Source: Cupriavidus necator (lineage in GTDB: Bacteria > Pseudomonadota > Gammaproteobacteria > Burkholderiales > Burkholderiaceae). Taken from it: a stretch of 32,000 nt of DNA. The stretch is from positions 360,001-392,000 of the forward strand of contig NZ_CP066020.1 of NCBI RefSeq assembly GCF_016127575.1, written 5' to 3'. Every line of letters starts with the position of its first letter. The first letter of the stretch is position 1. A program made the position numbers and the translations under genes. Below are positions 31,028 through 32,000 of this stretch, piece by piece. The notes beneath the pieces were generated by a model. It did not search any database and was not told the DNA's origin. It worked only from the letters and a program-made list of their open reading frames with translations.

Positions 31028-31528
31028 TTACTGAAACGTGAGTGTGAACGTCGAGGTGGCGCTGCATGCCGCACCTGCGGTGGCCTGGTCGGGCAGGTTG
31101 GTCTGATTGAAGGTCGTCGATCCGATCGCCAGCGTCACGTAGTCCTTGAGGCCAAGGGCGGTGCTGACACACTGTTTTGCCGTCTGCGCATTGCCGCCGC
31201 CGAAGGTGATCACCCCCTGCGATCCGCTATTGGCCGACGCGAGCGTGACCGCATTTCCCCAGGAGTCGATCAGCGTGGTACCGCGCACCATGTCGGACGG
31301 GAACATGCCGCTCGTGATCATCGATGCGACGTTTGCCGTAGTAAAGTTGGTATAGCCGTTGTTGCCCTGCGAGAACCCGGCGCGAGCGTTTGTGATCAGC
31401 TGCGCGATGTTGGTCGCCACCACACTGGCCTTGTGGTTCTGGAACCCGTTGTAGCCCGCATAGGCAATTCCAGCCAGTGCGAGAAGGCCCAAGACGATGG
31501 CGACAATGCGCCCGAGAATGCCATCCAT
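31028..31528 (-). CDS. pilS: PilS-like type IVb major pilin, copy 1 (166 aa)
   Basis: AGGAG 7 nt upstream. MDGILGRIVAIVLGLLALAGIAYAGYNGF is a hydrophobic pilin-type N-terminus. A Cys pair (C119, C155) is typical of a pilin D-region. The gene sits directly after pilR. Confidence 0.75.
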   Translation of the reverse strand: MDGILGRIVAIVLGLLALAGIAYAGYNGFQNHKASVVATNIAQLITNARAGFSQGNNGYTNFTTANVASMITSGMFPSDMVRGTTLIDSWGNAVTLASANSGSQGVITFGGGNAQTAKQCVSTALGLKDYVTLAIGSTTFNQTNLPDQATAGAACSATSTFTLTFQ

Positions 31529-31564
31529 GTGAAGCTCCTAAATGTGTATGAATAACGGCGATTG

Positions 31565-32000
31565 TTAGAACTGGCCCGTCGAGGACGTGAGGATCGATGA
31601 GAGTGAGTTGGAGCCTAGCTGCAGCACCACGAAAGCAAGGAACATCAGGCCGGTGAAGATCGCCGACATCACCATCCCTTTGGCGAGCAACTGGCGTTCG
31701 ATGACTTCGGCGTTCTGACGCACTGCGACCGTGATCTTTTCGGTGAAGTCATCAAAGCCCGCATACGCGCCGACCTCGTCGATCAGGTCCAGCGACGGAA
31801 ACCCGTTCCCGGTCTGCCGCATGGATTCCGCCAGGTCCAGGCCATCGGCCAGTCCGAGGCGAATCGGTCTCAGACGAGAGGCCAGCCATGGCGATGCCGA
31901 GCCGATCTGTCCCTCCAGCGCGGCAATGTCCGGCACCTTGGCCCGCAACAGCGCCACAAACGACATCGCCCAGGTGAAGCCGGTGATTTCGCGGTACGCC
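31565..32000 (-). CDS. pilR: PilR/GspF-family inner-membrane platform protein, C-terminal part (gene starts beyond the right edge)
   Basis: The frame stays open upstream of the track's internal Met to position 32000 (AYREITGFTWAMSFVALL...). C-terminal TM segment GMVMSAIFTGLMFLAFVVLQL. The position is immediately upstream of pilS. Confidence 0.7.
   Translation of the reverse strand, partial: AYREITGFTWAMSFVALLRAKVPDIAALEGQIGSASPWLASRLRPIRLGLADGLDLAESMRQTGNGFPSLDLIDEVGAYAGFDDFTEKITVAVRQNAEVIERQLLAKGMVMSAIFTGLMFLAFVVLQLGSNSLSSILTSSTGQF

Larger units (their letters stand above)
1..32000. mobile_element. Internal segment of an ICE or conjugative plasmid backbone (PAPI-1/pKLC102/ICEclc-like gene set); no ends visible
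   Basis: A type IVb pilus block (PilR, PilS x2, PilV) co-occurs with SSB, a zinc-ribbon/Toprim primase, a ParM-like ATPase, a tyrosine recombinase, an MTase-SNF2 fusion, a Lar-like protein and an FlhDC-like regulator. No att site, tRNA or integrase-at-edge was seen. Confidence 0.7.

Noticed and set aside
1-32000. tRNA genes, att sites, IS elements or other element boundaries
   Set aside because: No cloverleaf-like sequence, transposase or long terminal repeat was recognised. The window appears to lie wholly inside the element.

Overview
High-GC, gene-dense window that reads as an internal segment of an integrative conjugative element (ICE) or conjugative plasmid of the PAPI-1/pKLC102/ICEclc type, probably from a beta- or gamma-proteobacterium. 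No rRNA, tRNA, CRISPR array, IS element or element end was recognised.

Gene content, left to right:
- 1-5448 (- strand): a methyltransferase-SNF2 helicase fusion that runs off the left edge and is absent from the ORF track, two tandem paralogous hypothetical genes, and three small hypothetical genes.
- 5608-9118 (+): a translationally coupled operon of a small ORF, a UvrD-like SF1 helicase, a DUF1173-like Cys-cluster/nuclease-like protein and an FtsK-gamma-like winged helix.
- 9590-13822 (+): a DNA-modification or anti-restriction style operon. It holds a DUF5131 (Gp37/Gp68) protein coupled to a beta-class SPPY DNA methyltransferase, a 90-aa ORF, a Lar-like zinc-ribbon protein, and a secreted DRGH-type nuclease frameshifted inside its catalytic motif.
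- 13923-15610 (-): an HU gene and a tyrosine recombinase with a C-terminal Fis-type HTH.
- 15611-16700: about 1.1 kb of non-coding sequence full of heptamer, direct and inverted repeats.
- 16701-18470 (+): a ParM/StbA-like actin ATPase, a partner protein carrying a (CCTRCA)n-encoded Pro-Ala/Pro-Thr tract, and a 43-aa membrane ORF.
- 18548-22363 (-): a replication-type operon with a membrane protein, two hypotheticals, SSB, a zinc-ribbon/Toprim primase and a small ORF.
- 23053-28062 (+): a coiled-coil protein, then a protein whose N-terminal half looks FlhD-like and C-terminal half FlhC-like, then two paralogous CAP-domain secreted proteins flanking a membrane zinc-ribbon protein.
- 28166-32000 (- strand, listed in transcription order): a type IVb pilus block of PilR (partial), two tandem PilS pilin copies, a membrane protein, PilV and a Cys/Pro-rich secreted protein.

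The observations most worth follow-up:
- the apparent single-chain FlhD-FlhC regulator;
- a CTTGAC[AT]-N15-TAnnnT promoter-like motif in front of all five + strand operons;
- a 16-bp perfect palindrome present twice;
- the helicase/DUF1173/FtsK-gamma operon;
- the DUF5131-methyltransferase pair.

All homology statements come from motif recognition by eye, not from searches.
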